DNA from: Gammaproteobacteria bacterium | GTDB taxonomy: Bacteria > Pseudomonadota > Gammaproteobacteria > JBCCGL01 | Reading direction: 5' to 3' | Length of the DNA: 64,000 nt | NCBI GenBank assembly: GCA_965277715.1 | Contig: OZ255836.1 | Coordinates: forward strand, 3,789,254-3,853,253 | Shown here: positions 18,085 through 27,547 of the stretch, piece after piece | Position numbering within the stretch: the stretch's first letter is position 1 | Layout: each line of letters starts with the position of its first letter | Translations under genes and position numbers: made by a program | The notes under the pieces: generated by a model | The model's database searches: none | The model's input: the letters and a program-made list of their open reading frames with translations, nothing else | What the model was told of the DNA's origin: nothing

Positions 18085-18713
18085 CTAGGGCCTGTTGACG
18101 TTTCACATGGGTAACCAAAGAAAGGAGCATGCCAAGGCGAGCATGCTCCGATAGTTCCGCTTCAACTTATCATATCGGGTGGCAATCGCTCGAAAATGCT
18201 TCAATCGAGCAAACACATTTTTCAACCAGGCGTCGGTATTTGTATAAACACCAGTCGATATCCTCATCGCCTATTTTTGAGTTGCTTCGCCGTGGAATAA
18301 CCGGAACTGACTTTTTCTGTCTAATCTGATGGCGTAACGCTTCGCTGTCATACCCTTTGTCAGCCACCACATACTCGCTTTTTGGCAAGGCATCAATCAC
18401 TTCAGGAGCTGCTGTGGAGTCATTAACCTGCCCAGCAGTGATGTCAAATAATACGGGCAACCCAAACCCATCTACAATCATGTGTATTTTCGTTGTTTTC
18501 CCGCCTCGTTGCCAATGGCTTGATTTTCACGCCCTCTAGCCCTGCGCTATGTTGGTGTGCCTTCACAATACTTCCATCAATAAATGCCCATTCTTGATCG
18601 GGTTCTTCGACAAGCGCATGGAAAATGTTCATTTTTATTGTTTTTCGTACATCCAATGATACGAATTTGCCTTTTGTTTCAAAAGCTTATAGCCAAACGT
18701 CAACAGGCCCTAG
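18085..18713 (-). mobile_element. IS5-family element copy A, decayed. Both 18-bp terminal IRs (CTAGGGCCTGTTGACGTT) are intact, but the transposase is frameshifted and carries an internal deletion of about 210 bp.
   Basis: IRL at 18085-18102 and IRR (inverted) at 18696-18713. The ORF fragments 18170-18481 and 18444-18656 are 95% identical to the copy-B transposase but in different frames. Confidence 0.7.
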
Positions 18714-18963
18714 CCATAGAGGGGTCTATTTTTTGGCTAATAAGCTTTTTGGCTGTGTCGCGCTTTTCCCGTGCGACTAAAAGCGATACGGCAGGGTAAA
18801 CACCTAATGACAGTGTTTTTTGTTTTCCGCCAAATCGATACCCCATTCGCCAGTATCGACTGCCATTTGGATGTACCAGCAAATACATACCACCACCATC
18901 TGATAATTTGTATTGCTTGCTTTTAGGTTTGGCATTTTTTACCTGAGTATTATTGAATCTCAT
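18700..18963 (-). pseudogene. P4-type tyrosine integrase, N-terminal arm-binding (DUF4102) fragment only, truncated by IS5 copy A
   Basis: KLSDGGGMYLLVHPNGSRYWRMGYRFGGKQKTLSLGVYPAVSLLVAREKRD is the DUF4102 signature. The reading frame ends inside the IS5 IR at 18700. Confidence 0.65.
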
Positions 18964-19125
18964 TTGTTGGTATAAATTCTGGTGAGGTGGTTTGTACCAA
19001 CAAATGTACCAGCAAGTTTTGCGGATGTAAACAAACCAAGGCGAACGTTAAAGAACCTTATGTCTATTTAAGTTGTTGTTTTTAAAATTAAAAAATACCT
19101 TAATGAACTATATAGGTTTTTTAAA

Positions 19126-19201
19126 TGGTGCCGGAGAGAGGAATCGAACCCCCGACCTTTTCATTACGAGTGAACTGCTCTACCGACTGAGCTACTCCGG
19201 C
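19126..19201 (-). tRNA. tRNA-Thr (anticodon CGU)
   Basis: 76-nt cloverleaf GCCGGAG-TA-GCTC-AGTCGGTA-GAGC-A-GTTCA-CTCGTAA-TGAAA-AGGTC-GGGGG-TTCGATT-CCTCT-CTCCGGC-A-CCA. It is nearly identical in architecture to E. coli thrW. A perfect TATAAT lies 18 nt upstream (minus strand, 19219-19224). Confidence 0.85.
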
Positions 19202-19513
19202 ACACCAAAGGCGGCAGGATTATAGTACAAGTGTTGTCTTGCTGTATAACCCATATTTGACACTTTTATCTCAATTTAAGCCGAATTTCACCTGATTTGA
19301 GCACGCCAATATAACTAACCTATTAATTTAACTGAGTATTGTTTTTCCGACATGTAAAGTAGTGCCATAATTGTACTTCCAACCATTGACACTGCCACAA
19401 TTCCCTCCTATCGTCTTGCAATGTCCATCCGTCGCACCACCATCAAAAGCCGTCAATCCGGTGAACCTTACTATACCTATCGGCTGGTCTAGTCTGTTCG
19501 TTGCGAGGGTAAA

Positions 19514-20207
19514 GTGCGGCAACGAACGCGACTTAATTTAGGTCGCCATTTCCAGGTGCCCCGTGAGCAATGGGCACATTTGGTTCAGCGTATTGAACAT
19601 ATTCTCCAGGGTCAAAACGAACGCTTTCCTATTGAACTTGAGTCACAGTGGGAAGAGGTAGCGCAAAGCATTGCTGCTTTGCTGGTTAACGCCAATGCAC
19701 GCCAAAAAGAAACAAAGCAAACCCCACAGGACTACCAGTGCGTAGATATTGATAGCTTGGAGCTATTAAGAACCCCGTAGTGTGGGCGTTGAGCATGTGG
19801 CTTTACATGCGGTGCAACAGCTTGGGCTGGATCTTAAATTGGAAGCACTGGGGTTTAATGGTCCTCAATGTCAGGCAGCATTAGGTAACCTGATAGCTCG
19901 TATGGTTGAATCGGTCAGTGAATTGGCGACCCACCACTGGCTGCAACAACGCAGCGGTTTGGGTGAATTGTTGGAGGTAGACTATGGCAAGCTGGGACTG
20001 GAGCAACTTTATCGTGCCTCAGACAAGCTCTATGCCAATAAAACTGCATTGGAATCGCATTGTTATCAACAGGCACGGGAACTCTTTGCCTTTGATGAGG
20101 TGATCACACTTTATGACCTTACCAACACGTATTTTGAAGACAGCGGTAAAAAAATACGAATGCCGCCTTCGGTTGTTCCAAAGAGAAACGTTCGGACTGT
20201 CCATTAG
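19514..20207 (+). pseudogene. transposase N-terminal fragments (possibly IS1634/IS4-like), interrupted by an in-frame stop and truncated by IS66
   Basis: Two consecutive ORFs (88 and 141 aa) are separated by TAG at 19780. The motif ITLYDLTNTYFEDSGKK resembles the conserved N-terminal box of IS1634-type transposases. Family assignment is tentative. Confidence 0.35.
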
Positions 20208-20244
20208 TGACCTTGGCACTGGGTAAGCGCCCTTAAATCAGCCT

Positions 20245-21852
20245 CTATTCCAAGGTAATGTCCAAACCGACATGCCAAGGTAGCAAGGCCTCTCTCTTTT
20301 CAAGAGTATCCGCACTGCCGATATGATTAAGGACGTGCAGTATGTACGCATAGGGTTCAAGCCCATTAGCTTTGGCCGTTTCGATCAATGAGTAACATGT
20401 GGCACTGGCATGGGCGCCACGGGTTGAATCGGCAAACAACCAGGCTTTTCTACCCACGGCAAAAGGCCTAATGGCATTTTCAGCCAGCACGTTGCTGATG
20501 TGTAACCGTCCATCATCACAGTAGCCTGTGAGGGTATGCCATTGATTCAGTGCATAGTCCATGGCGTTACGCGTAAGGGACTTTTTAGCCACCTTAGTAA
20601 TATGCTTATCCAGCCATTGTTTGAATTCTTCCAACACCGGTTGGCTAAGTTTTTGGCGAAACCTTTGTTTTTCTGCGGGTTCAAGCGCTTGTATCTTTTT
20701 CTCAATGAGATAGAGCTTGCGGATTTTACCGATGGCGGCATCGGCTTTCGAGGCACGGGGGTTTTTCGTGTTTGCTTTATCGGCAGCTTTAATGGCATCA
20801 ATGAATTTTCGGCGCACATGATCCCAGCAACCGATACGTGTCAGATTTTGCTGCTCGCACACCCCGTTATACCCTGAATAGCCATCGACTTGCAGAGTGC
20901 CTTGAAAACCTTCCAGTAAGCGTTGTGGCACTTCGCCCGAACGAGAGGGGTCGTATTCAAACAACACACTGGGCTGGGCTGGAGGGCCACCGCGCGTTAG
21001 CCACATCCATTTATCGGATTGGGCGGTTTTGCCATTTTCTTTGAGTACCTGGATACGCGTTTCGTCCATTTGCACATAATCACCGTCATTTTGACTTTCC
21101 CGCAGCAAGGTCATCAGGGGTTTAAAAACCGCTTCCAGGCGAATCATCCAGTTGGCCATGTTGGTGCGGCTCACGGCATGTCCATAACGCTTTAAAATGC
21201 TTTCCTGGCGATACAAGGGCAACCCATCGGCGTATTTGGACACCATGATGTTGGCGAGCAGAGCCGTGCTGGCAAAGCACTTACCCAAAGGGTGTATGGG
21301 GCGTTGCGCGGCGATGATGTGGTCATCACCTGCGTAGCTGAAGACGGCCTTTTCTTGCCAGTACTCTAAAACGTTGAGTTGTGCGGGAATGTATTGGAGT
21401 TCTTCTTTGACTTTCACAAAGAAAGTACGTGTAGCGCCTGCTTTTTCCTCATCGCTTAAGGCTAGCTCAACGCGCACACGGGGTAAACGGTTGGAGAAGC
21501 CGCGTTGACGTTTTTTCTTGTTCGTGGTCGTAGGCTGAGGTAGCAACTCATCCGGTAGCTGGCTATCAATGTCGACAATGGCTTGTTCGAGTTCCGCTTC
21601 ATCAAACAAGTCAATCTGGAAGGCAAGCTTTTCGCTGTTAGCGCCGAACCTCTGAACCTTGGAAAGACGCAACCGTTCTTCAAGCAAACGAATGTAGTGA
21701 TCGCGGTTTTTAATGGTGTTTTTGTGACGTTGAATAATTTGGTTATGGTGCGTTAATTCGGCTTCTTTTTCAGCAAGCACGATCACTAATTCAGCCGCCG
21801 TTAAGCCGATGTAATTGCGTTGTTTTTGTTGAATTTCCGATGCCAAAACCAT
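20245..21852 (-). CDS. IS66 family transposase TnpC
   Basis: 535 aa with a leucine-zipper N-terminus, a zinc-finger region and a DDE_Tnp_IS66 domain. Confidence 0.9.
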   Translation of the reverse strand: MVLASEIQQKQRNYIGLTAAELVIVLAEKEAELTHHNQIIQRHKNTIKNRDHYIRLLEERLRLSKVQRFGANSEKLAFQIDLFDEAELEQAIVDIDSQLPDELLPQPTTTNKKKRQRGFSNRLPRVRVELALSDEEKAGATRTFFVKVKEELQYIPAQLNVLEYWQEKAVFSYAGDDHIIAAQRPIHPLGKCFASTALLANIMVSKYADGLPLYRQESILKRYGHAVSRTNMANWMIRLEAVFKPLMTLLRESQNDGDYVQMDETRIQVLKENGKTAQSDKWMWLTRGGPPAQPSVLFEYDPSRSGEVPQRLLEGFQGTLQVDGYSGYNGVCEQQNLTRIGCWDHVRRKFIDAIKAADKANTKNPRASKADAAIGKIRKLYLIEKKIQALEPAEKQRFRQKLSQPVLEEFKQWLDKHITKVAKKSLTRNAMDYALNQWHTLTGYCDDGRLHISNVLAENAIRPFAVGRKAWLFADSTRGAHASATCYSLIETAKANGLEPYAYILHVLNHIGSADTLEKREALLPWHVGLDITLE

Positions 21853-21919
21853 CGCGTAATAATACCCAATAACCGTCTAAAAATCATTAAAATAAAATGT
21901 TTTTACACCCTTTAGCGGG

Positions 21920-22288
21920 CTAAAAAACAGACTCGTAATGCAATACTTTGTGGCCTTTCATTGCGGCTAAATCATAGCCATCAAGCAACCCGTTTATTTG
22001 CGTTCCGGTGAGTGATATGACTTCCTCATCGAGGTCAGGCCACTTAAATTGCTCTTCGGCCAAGGCTTTGTAATACAGTACAAAACCGTTGTCCTCCCAC
22101 ATCAGACATTTGATTTTGTTGCAGTGCCTGTTGGTGAACACATATAGGCCACCATCAAACAGGTTGTGGCCAAGCTCTCGCTCAACAATGGCCGCAAGGC
22201 CATTGCTTTGCTTACGAAAGTCCACCGCCTCTCGGTATAAAAACACCTTTGGAATATCGAGCGATGGCCGTAAATAACGGGCCTTCAT
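21920..22288 (-). CDS. IS66 family TnpB
   Basis: 122 aa with the typical IS66 Orf2 sequence (LRPSLDIPKVFLYREAVDFRKQSNGLAAIVE...). Confidence 0.85.
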   Translation of the reverse strand: MKARYLRPSLDIPKVFLYREAVDFRKQSNGLAAIVERELGHNLFDGGLYVFTNRHCNKIKCLMWEDNGFVLYYKALAEEQFKWPDLDEEVISLTGTQINGLLDGYDLAAMKGHKVLHYESVF

Positions 22289-22602
22289 AACTGTGCCAGT
22301 AACGCGCCAACTAACGTCACGTTAGCGGCGGTAATGCCAGAAATGGCACAGCCATTGGCCAGCGTAAAACACAAACCCGGATCAGCCCTTTGCCTATCAG
22401 CCACCATCACTTGGGTAAAGCCTGCTACAGGCATGTTACTCTGCACTGCTTGAATAGTTTTACGGGAACATTTACGGCTCCAATAGTAAAACTGCTTCAA
22501 GTGGATGCCGTTATCCTGGCAAAACTGCGCACCACTCAAACCGGATGCTTGCCATTGTTCAATTTGATTGCGCCAGTACGACGCACGTTCTTTATTACTC
22601 AT
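22285..22602 (-). CDS. IS66 family TnpA (HTH)
   Basis: 105 aa, overlapping tnpB by 4 bp. Confidence 0.8.
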   Translation of the reverse strand: MSNKERASYWRNQIEQWQASGLSGAQFCQDNGIHLKQFYYWSRKCSRKTIQAVQSNMPVAGFTQVMVADRQRADPGLCFTLANGCAISGITAANVTLVGALLAQL

Positions 22603-22650
22603 ACTACACCTAGCGGGTATTGGGTTGCTGTGATGCAGTGTGAAGGGCGA

Positions 22651-23289
22651 TCAGAGTAATTGGTAGACGCCTATTCTTTGGCGCTTACAGTCGATATCCT
22701 CATTGCCTATTTTTGAGCTGCTTCGCCGTGGAATAACCGGAACTGACTTTTTCTGTCTAATCTGATGGCGTAACGCTTCGCTGTCATACCCTTTGTCAGC
22801 CACCACATACTCGCTTTTTGGCAAGGCATCAATCACTTCAGGAACCGCTGTGGAGTCATTAACCTGCCCAGCAGTTATGTCAAATAATACGGGCAACCCA
22901 AACCCATCTACAATCATGTGTATTTTCGTTGTTTTCCCGCCTCGACTGTTGCCAATGGCTTGATTTTCACGCCCTCTAGTCCCTGTGCTATGTTGGTGTG
23001 CCTTCACAATACTTCCATCAATAAATGCCCATTCTTGATCGGGTTCTTCGACAAGCACATGGAAAATGTTCATTAACTTGCCTTTCGATGACCAGTCATT
23101 GAAGCGTTTATAAACACTATTCCAGTCACCAAATGACGCCGGTAAATCTCGCCACGGACACCCCACACGCAATCGATAAAGAATTCCTTCAACGACTAAC
23201 CTTAACTTCGGCTTGTCATAAATGCCTTCTTTAAGCATGATACTCCGTAGCTTCGACCAATACTCATCGTTGAGCAATAATCGGGGCAT
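22651..23289 (-). CDS. IS5 family transposase, C-terminally truncated/fused
   Basis: MPRLLLNDEYWSKLRSIMLKEGIYDKPKLRLVVEGILYRLRVGCPWRDLP...VVADKGYDSEALRHQIRQKKSVPVIP. Confidence 0.75.
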   Translation of the reverse strand: MPRLLLNDEYWSKLRSIMLKEGIYDKPKLRLVVEGILYRLRVGCPWRDLPASFGDWNSVYKRFNDWSSKGKLMNIFHVLVEEPDQEWAFIDGSIVKAHQHSTGTRGRENQAIGNSRGGKTTKIHMIVDGFGLPVLFDITAGQVNDSTAVPEVIDALPKSEYVVADKGYDSEALRHQIRQKKSVPVIPRRSSSKIGNEDIDCKRQRIGVYQLL

Positions 23290-23381
23290 GGCAAACTCGT
23301 ATTTGTTGTTTTTCGTATATCCAATGATACGAATTTGCCTTTTGTTTCAAAAGCTTATAGCTAAACGTCAACAGGCCCTAG
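22688..23381 (-). mobile_element. IS5-family element copy B. The transposase is nearly full-length but its 3' end and left IR were removed by the IS66 insertion. The right IR is intact and overlaps the tusA stop codon.
   Basis: Right IR AACGTCAACAGGCCCTAG at 23364-23381. The 212-aa transposase (22651-23289) has a DUF4096-type N-terminus and a DDE core, and its last 12 codons read into the IS66 IR. Confidence 0.75.
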
Positions 23382-23602
23382 ACTTTGGTAACGATAAACC
23401 AATAATCATCCCCGTCTATACGCTGCTCATCGAGTGAGTGAGCATGTACCCGACACCAGGCTGGAATATCGCTTTGTGTGCCGGGGTCAGTGCAGACAAT
23501 GGCCACAGATTCTCCACTCACTGCCTGACCAATGGCGGTTTGTAGGCGGATAACAGGCATTGGGCATAGCAACCGGCGGGCATCAACGGTGTAGTTGGCC
23601 AT
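23378..23602 (-). CDS. tusA: TusA-family sulfur carrier protein
   Basis: 74 aa with the CPMP active-site motif (RLLCPMPVIRL). Its stop codon is provided by the terminal IR of IS5 copy B. Confidence 0.75.
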   Translation of the reverse strand: MANYTVDARRLLCPMPVIRLQTAIGQAVSGESVAIVCTDPGTQSDIPAWCRVHAHSLDEQRIDGDDYWFIVTKV

Positions 23603-23606
23603 GCGC

Positions 23607-24659
23607 TTATACGTACCACTCGGTGGGTATATCCACCTCGGGTATGGGGGTTACCTCTATTTCATGCCCGGCGCCACTCAGCGGTACAATTTTTATCGTT
23701 ACCGATTCGGCGTTGCGCCCTTTGCCGTAACGCGCCAGTACACGCGCTGCAAGATTGGCGTCCTGTGCAGAAAATTCGGTACCCTCTACCAATGCAAATG
23801 CCCCCGGATGGCTGGTTGCATAGAGATGTATAAACTGTTTTCTATACCCTTCAAGAAAGCGGTTTTCGCCATCTTCTCTGGCAATAATAAGCTTGAAATG
23901 TGGGCGCGGGCGTAAATGCCGCCCTACTTTCAACAGCATAATATCGTCCAGCTCGTAGCGTTTCTCACCGCGATGCGTCCACATATCCGCCAGTTTTGAT
24001 GCGTATGTGGCATCGGTTAAAAAACAACAGCCGCCCGCTGGTTGTGCGTACTCTTCAATATTGAGTTGATCCGCCAGGGCCATTTGCGGTTTGCGTGAAC
24101 GACCACTGAAATCAAACAACTGCTCGCGATCAACCCAGCCTTCACGCTCTGGCAGTGTTATGGGAAGGTATTTGGCACACAGTGGGCGTAATAAACGTTC
24201 ATCGGCTCCTGATTCTGCAGCAATAATCGGCATGGTTTTACGCCGTTGTGATTTTGGGCGCTGGCCAATCACCTCGCCGGTAATGATGAAATCAAAACCG
24301 TTTTCCTGCATCCACTCTTTGGCTTTACCCACCATAAAAACCTTGCAGTCCAGGCACGGATTGAGGTGGGCGCCATAGCCGTGCTTGGGGTTGATCACAA
24401 CATCCTTATATTCCTCAACAATATCAATAATATGTAGCTTTATGCTCAGTTGCTCCGCCACCCACAAGGCGTTATTGCGCTTTTGTTTCTTTTGATCCTG
24501 TTTGCGGATGGCGTGGGTATGCCCCTCTACACAGAAGCCGGTAAAGAAGTTAATCCCTTCAACGTGTACGCCTTGTTGCTGAATAACTTTGGTTGCGAGC
24601 ATCGAGTCGAGGCCGCCGGAGATAAGGGAAACCGCTTTCCTTTGAGGAGGTGATTGCAT
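23607..24659 (-). CDS. MnmA/TrmU-family PP-loop tRNA-thiolase-like protein (divergent)
   Basis: PP-loop SLISGGLDSMLATKVIQQQGVHVEGINF (compare E. coli MnmA [27 protein letters not shown]). It has Cys equivalents NPCLDCK and GGCCFL and a conserved GFDFIITGE. The C-terminal 110 aa diverge from canonical MnmA. A 4-bp gap separates it from tusA. Confidence 0.65.
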   Translation of the reverse strand: MQSPPQRKAVSLISGGLDSMLATKVIQQQGVHVEGINFFTGFCVEGHTHAIRKQDQKKQKRNNALWVAEQLSIKLHIIDIVEEYKDVVINPKHGYGAHLNPCLDCKVFMVGKAKEWMQENGFDFIITGEVIGQRPKSQRRKTMPIIAAESGADERLLRPLCAKYLPITLPEREGWVDREQLFDFSGRSRKPQMALADQLNIEEYAQPAGGCCFLTDATYASKLADMWTHRGEKRYELDDIMLLKVGRHLRPRPHFKLIIAREDGENRFLEGYRKQFIHLYATSHPGAFALVEGTEFSAQDANLAARVLARYGKGRNAESVTIKIVPLSGAGHEIEVTPIPEVDIPTEWYV

Positions 24660-24806
24660 GTGGTGTGGGCTAAGCGTGATTAACAGGGCGCTATATTACC
24701 TGTTTGCCGGGCGGCAATCGACAGTAATGCCGTTTACATATACGCATCCAGCCTGTATTTTCAGTACATTAAGCATTTGTAGTGGATTCAACTGAGTGTT
24801 AGAAAG

Positions 24807-25061
24807 GTGACCGGCTTGAACAGGTGTGTGTGTGTCTTGTTGTCAGGTTCTAAACACATGCAGGAATTTTTTAACACAGTTGGCCCGCAAATGGCGGATA
24901 TCAACTACACGGTTTATCCCTATAAACAAGCAAGCGAAGCACTGGTTAAGTTACGACAAACTCATCTGGATCAACTGACCGATAAGCTCAGCGAGCGGCG
25001 TATTCACCGGGTCATCAGCGCTATCCTCGCCTTTAACGCCAGTGATACAGCAATGCTCTAG
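24807..25061 (+). CDS. hypothetical protein (84 aa)
   Basis: ORF only, with no recognisable motif. Confidence 0.25.
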   Translation: MTGLNRCVCVLLSGSKHMQEFFNTVGPQMADINYTVYPYKQASEALVKLRQTHLDQLTDKLSERRIHRVISAILAFNASDTAML

Positions 25062-25419
25062 GGAAAAAAATTTACCATCGTCCCAGAGGGGAAACATGCT
25101 CTATTGATGTTCGGGGTGCTTGAAGCGTTGGTTTGTAGCGGCCTAAACGGAGGCATAGAGATTTTTTAGTACAACACTTAAATTTCTATAAAATCAATAG
25201 TTTAAATTTATATTTTGCCAAAGATGTTAAGAGATCATCTACTTTTGATAGGGCGGCTGTATATAGTATCTGTTTACCGGATGGCAAGTGTTCAGGGTGA
25301 GTAACTTGGCATGTTGTATCAATTATTTGGTGAAAAATTTTATAAATTTCTAATATTATTGTTTTTATTGGTATATTCTTAGTAGTGTTTTCGGTGATTA
25401 TATTATTGGTATATATACA

Positions 25420-27543
25420 ATGATTCAAGATAAAAGCAAAGTTTCTTCGAGCAGTGCCACTTCAGGTGAGCATATTCGCGAAAAAAATAATACAGTGAGC
25501 ACGGGTGATGTAGAAAATCGCTTCAAGCATTTTGCTAATATTGCCGTGGATCTATTTTGGGAGACAGATGCCGAATTGCGTTTCACTTACCTTTCTGACG
25601 GTTATGAAGCGGCTACTGGTATCGCGCCAGAATTAGTTATTGGCACCAGTAGAAAAGATTTGATCAGAGATATGGTCGATGAAAAAACATGCGAGGAACA
25701 TTTTAGGTTACTCGATCAACATTTACCGTATGATAACCTTATATATCAATGGAAAGGTCACGATGGGCGGTTGATCACTATAAAGAGCAGGGGACAACCT
25801 TATTTTGATGAACAAAAGGTATTTTGTGGTTATCGGGGTGTCGCCAGTGATATTACTGAAAGTTGTAAGGCGCAGTTAGCACTCAAGGCGAGTGAAGAGC
25901 GGTTTCAGGCATTTGCGGAAATTGCTGCAGATTTATTTTGGGAAACCGATGATAAGTTGCGATTTACCTATCTCTCTGATCGATATAAAGAAATCACGGG
26001 AGTTTCGCCAGAGAAAGTGCTTGGCATGGAACGTAAAGAACTTGTGTTGGAAATGCTCAACCCCAAGCAGCGGGAACAGCACCGAAAGGATCTCGAAGAA
26101 AAGCTCCCCTATGATGATCTGGAATATGAATGGTGTGTACCAGGTGGTCACCGGTTAATTCTTAGAAGTAGTGCCCGCCCATTTTACGATGATCAGGGAA
26201 AATTTCGTGGTTACCGTGGGGTCGCACGCGATATTACAGCGACATACCAAGCGCAAAAGATGATCTACCATGCCACTCACGACTATTTAACTGGATTGGT
26301 CAACCGTCGTGCATTTCAGGAGCGCTTGGAAAAAGCAGTGATAAGTGCCCAAGATCGGCCTACAACGCATGTGCTGTGCTACCTGGATCTTGATCAGTTC
26401 AAGGTTGTTAATGATACCACTGGTCATGAAAGTGGCGATAACTTACTCAGAGAAATCAGCGATCTTATTAAACGACATATAAGACAGCGGGATACGCTGG
26501 CTCGCCTTGGTGGCGATGAGTTTGGGTTACTAATGGATAACTGTACCACCGAGCAAGGTAAGAAAGTTGCTGAAAAGCTTGTAGCGGCAATCGATGCATA
26601 TCAATTTAAATGGAAGGGGCGTAGCTTTAAGGTTGGTGTCAGTATTGGTCTGGTTTCTATTGATAGCTCAGCAAGCAGTGCCCAGCAGTTACTTAGCCAG
26701 GCAGATGTCGCCTGTTACACAGCCAAAGACATGGGGCGAAACTGTGCTTATACCTATCAGCCGGAGAGCGATGGCCTGGATCGTCGGCACAGTGAAATTA
26801 TCCGGGCAGCGGAGTTAAAGGATGCACTTAGCGATGATCGTTTCAACCTTGTTGCGCAACAAATTGTACCATTGCGTCCACAGCATAGTAGCTGTAAACA
26901 GTATGAAATATTACTGCGCATGCAAGGAGCAGATAAGAATGAGTTGTCACCCGATGAGTTTATTCCTGCTGCAGAACGTTATGGCCTTATGCCTATGATT
27001 GATCAGTATGTATTCGATCAAGCATTGGAAGTACTGGGTACTGCATTGAAATCCAATAAGATAACCCGTATCAACATTAATGTATCTGGGAAGTCAATGG
27101 TTGACAATACGCTATTTGAGTATGCTGCCCAAGCTGTGCGCAATAAGAAAATACCGCCCGAAAGTATCTGCTTCGAAATTACTGAAACATCACTAATTAA
27201 TAATCTATCCAGTGTGGCAGAGTTGATCGATGCTATGAAAGCAGAGGGTTTCCAATTTGCACTTGACGACTTTGGTAGTGGCTTTTCATCATTTACTTAC
27301 ATGAAACAATTGCCAGTGAATTACCTGAAGATTGATGGAACATTTGTTCACAATATTGCCACTGATAATAAAAATCGTGCAATTGTTAAAGCAATTACCG
27401 AAATGGGCCACTCTATGGGTATGCAGACGATTGCGGAATATGCTGAATCCCAGGCAGTAGTTGATACATTGACTGAACTGGGTGTTGACTGGGCTCAGGG
27501 TTTTGCATTGGGCAGAGTGGTGCCAGTTACTGAGATAATCTAA
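25420..27543 (+). CDS. PAS-PAS-GGDEF-EAL signalling protein (c-di-GMP turnover)
   Basis: Two paralogous PAS/PAC modules (FANIAVDLFWETDAELRFTYLSDGY and FAEIAADLFWETDDKLRFTYLSDRY), the GGDEF motif RLGGDEF, and the EAL motifs EITE...DDFGSG. Confidence 0.9.
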   Translation: MIQDKSKVSSSSATSGEHIREKNNTVSTGDVENRFKHFANIAVDLFWETDAELRFTYLSDGYEAATGIAPELVIGTSRKDLIRDMVDEKTCEEHFRLLDQHLPYDNLIYQWKGHDGRLITIKSRGQPYFDEQKVFCGYRGVASDITESCKAQLALKASEERFQAFAEIAADLFWETDDKLRFTYLSDRYKEITGVSPEKVLGMERKELVLEMLNPKQREQHRKDLEEKLPYDDLEYEWCVPGGHRLILRSSARPFYDDQGKFRGYRGVARDITATYQAQKMIYHATHDYLTGLVNRRAFQERLEKAVISAQDRPTTHVLCYLDLDQFKVVNDTTGHESGDNLLREISDLIKRHIRQRDTLARLGGDEFGLLMDNCTTEQGKKVAEKLVAAIDAYQFKWKGRSFKVGVSIGLVSIDSSASSAQQLLSQADVACYTAKDMGRNCAYTYQPESDGLDRRHSEIIRAAELKDALSDDRFNLVAQQIVPLRPQHSSCKQYEILLRMQGADKNELSPDEFIPAAERYGLMPMIDQYVFDQALEVLGTALKSNKITRININVSGKSMVDNTLFEYAAQAVRNKKIPPESICFEITETSLINNLSSVAELIDAMKAEGFQFALDDFGSGFSSFTYMKQLPVNYLKIDGTFVHNIATDNKNRAIVKAITEMGHSMGMQTIAEYAESQAVVDTLTELGVDWAQGFALGRVVPVTEII

Positions 27544-27547
27544 ATGC

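Larger units (their letters stand above)
20222..22688 (-). mobile_element. IS66-family element, complete (tnpA-tnpB-tnpC), about 2.47 kb
   Basis: Terminal IRs begin GTAAGCGCC (20222 on + strand; 22680-22688 inverted). It has the canonical three-ORF organisation. Confidence 0.85.

Noticed and set aside
19328-19522. 64-aa ORF upstream of tRNA-Thr
   Set aside because: It lies in the tRNA promoter/leader region opposite the tRNA and has no homology signal. It is probably non-coding.
25186-25428. 80-aa ORF in the AT-rich leader of the GGDEF-EAL gene
   Set aside because: It has low-complexity Ile/Asn/Lys-rich composition that reflects AT-rich non-coding DNA. It overlaps the likely promoter region and has no RBS.
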